From Bugula neritina (lineage: Eukaryota > Animalia > Bryozoa), in the NCBI GenBank assembly GCA_964035545.1, contig OZ037765.1, positions 15,324,698 through 15,388,697 of the forward strand: a stretch of DNA of 64,000 nt, written 5' to 3'. Made by a program: the position numbers and the translations under genes. This document shows positions 63,001 to 64,000 of the stretch, piece after piece (the first letter of the stretch is position 1; each line of letters begins with the position of its first letter). Under the pieces are notes generated by a model. It made no database searches and was not told where the DNA came from. It saw only the letters and a list, made by a program, of their open reading frames with translations.

Positions 63001-64000
63001 AATATAATGCAAGATACTGCAACATATAGAAATACACTGTGACATACTGAGACACACTGCAACATACTGAAAGACACTGTAATATATCGAAATACACTGC
63101 AACACATTGAACTATACTGCAACACATTGAAATATACTGCAACATACTGAAACATGCTGTAGCATACTGAAATACACTGCAACACATTGAAGTATACTAT
63201 AATATACAGAAATGTACTGTAACATACTGAAACATACGTCAACATACTGAAATGTACTGCAACATGCTGAACTATACTGCAACATACTGAAATACACTGT
63301 AATATACTGAATTAAACTGCAACATACTGAAATAAGCTGTAGCATACTGAAATACATTGCAGCACACTGAAGCGTACTGTAATATACCACAACAAACCGA
63401 AATTTATGGCATACTGAGATATGTTGCAAACTAGTAAAATCTACTGCAACATACCAAAAAAGACCTCAACTGTGCAAAATAATGAAATATACTGCAAAAA
63501 TACTGAAATATACTGCAACAATTTAAAATTTACTGTATGATATTGAAATATACTGAAACACACTGAAACATACTGAAAGAAACTGCAACATACTGAAATA
63601 CACTGTAACATACTGAAATACACTGCAACATACTGCAACATACTGCAACATACTGAATTACACTGTAACATATTGAAATACACTGCAATACATTGAAATT
63701 TACTGCAACACACTGAAACATACTGCAACATACTGAAATATACTGCAACATATCGAAGTATATTGTAATATACGAACATGTACTGTAACATACTGAAACA
63801 TACTGAAATATACTTCAACATTCTGAAGGACACTGTAACATATTGAAATACACTGCAACACATTGAAATATACTGGAACATACTGAAATGCACTGTAAAA
63901 TACTGAAATATACTGCAACATACTGCAACATACTGAAATACACTGTAACATACTGAAATACACTGCAACATACTGCAACATACTGAAATACACTGGAACA

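Larger units (their letters stand above)
39814..64000. repeat. 10-bp-monomer satellite array, segment 4 (runs off the window end)
   Basis: Same monomer family. A distinct set of diagnostic variants dominates beyond about 47-50 kb. Confidence 0.98.

Noticed and set aside
338-63993. Hundreds of minus-strand ORFs rich in C/S/V/Y/Q/F
   Set aside because: They are direct translations of the 10-bp repeat. They overlap in all three frames with the same peptide cycle and show no domains or gene structure.
1-64000. CRISPR array or other repeat-spacer system
   Set aside because: There are no unique spacers, no constant 23-50 bp repeat and no cas genes. All variation is point variation of one 10-mer.
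1-64000. Sequencing artefact or synthetic low-complexity sequence
   Set aside because: Hierarchically shared variants, private mutations in duplicates and transposon insertions with TSDs and empty sites indicate real evolutionary history. Individual junctions still need read support.

Overview
This window is almost entirely a eukaryotic-type satellite DNA array. It is built from a degenerate 10-bp monomer (main variants CTGCAACATA, CTGAAATAYA, CTGTAACATA and CTGAAACATA) that is A-rich and G-poor on the + strand and keeps one orientation across all 64 kb. The monomers form recognisable higher-order modules that were duplicated, deleted and reshuffled in 10-bp register, giving nested duplications of about 0.24 to 6.3 kb rather than one fixed higher-order repeat (HOR). 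The only non-satellite DNA is three copies of a 723-757 bp non-autonomous DNA transposon (MITE) at 17476-18232, 20813-21569 and 39091-39813. It has CACAGGATAGTTAAGGG terminal inverted repeats (TIRs) and 2-bp target-site duplications (TSDs). Paralogous empty sites inside the window (about 11136 and 42725) confirm the ends and TSDs, which fit the CMC (EnSpm/CACTA-Mirage) type. Copies 1 and 2 are one insertion duplicated with 3.3 kb of satellite, and copy 3 is an independent insertion. The hundreds of minus-strand ORFs are translation artefacts of a stop-free repeat strand. I can support no protein-coding gene, RNA gene or CRISPR array, and I cannot identify the organism. All counts were made by eye.
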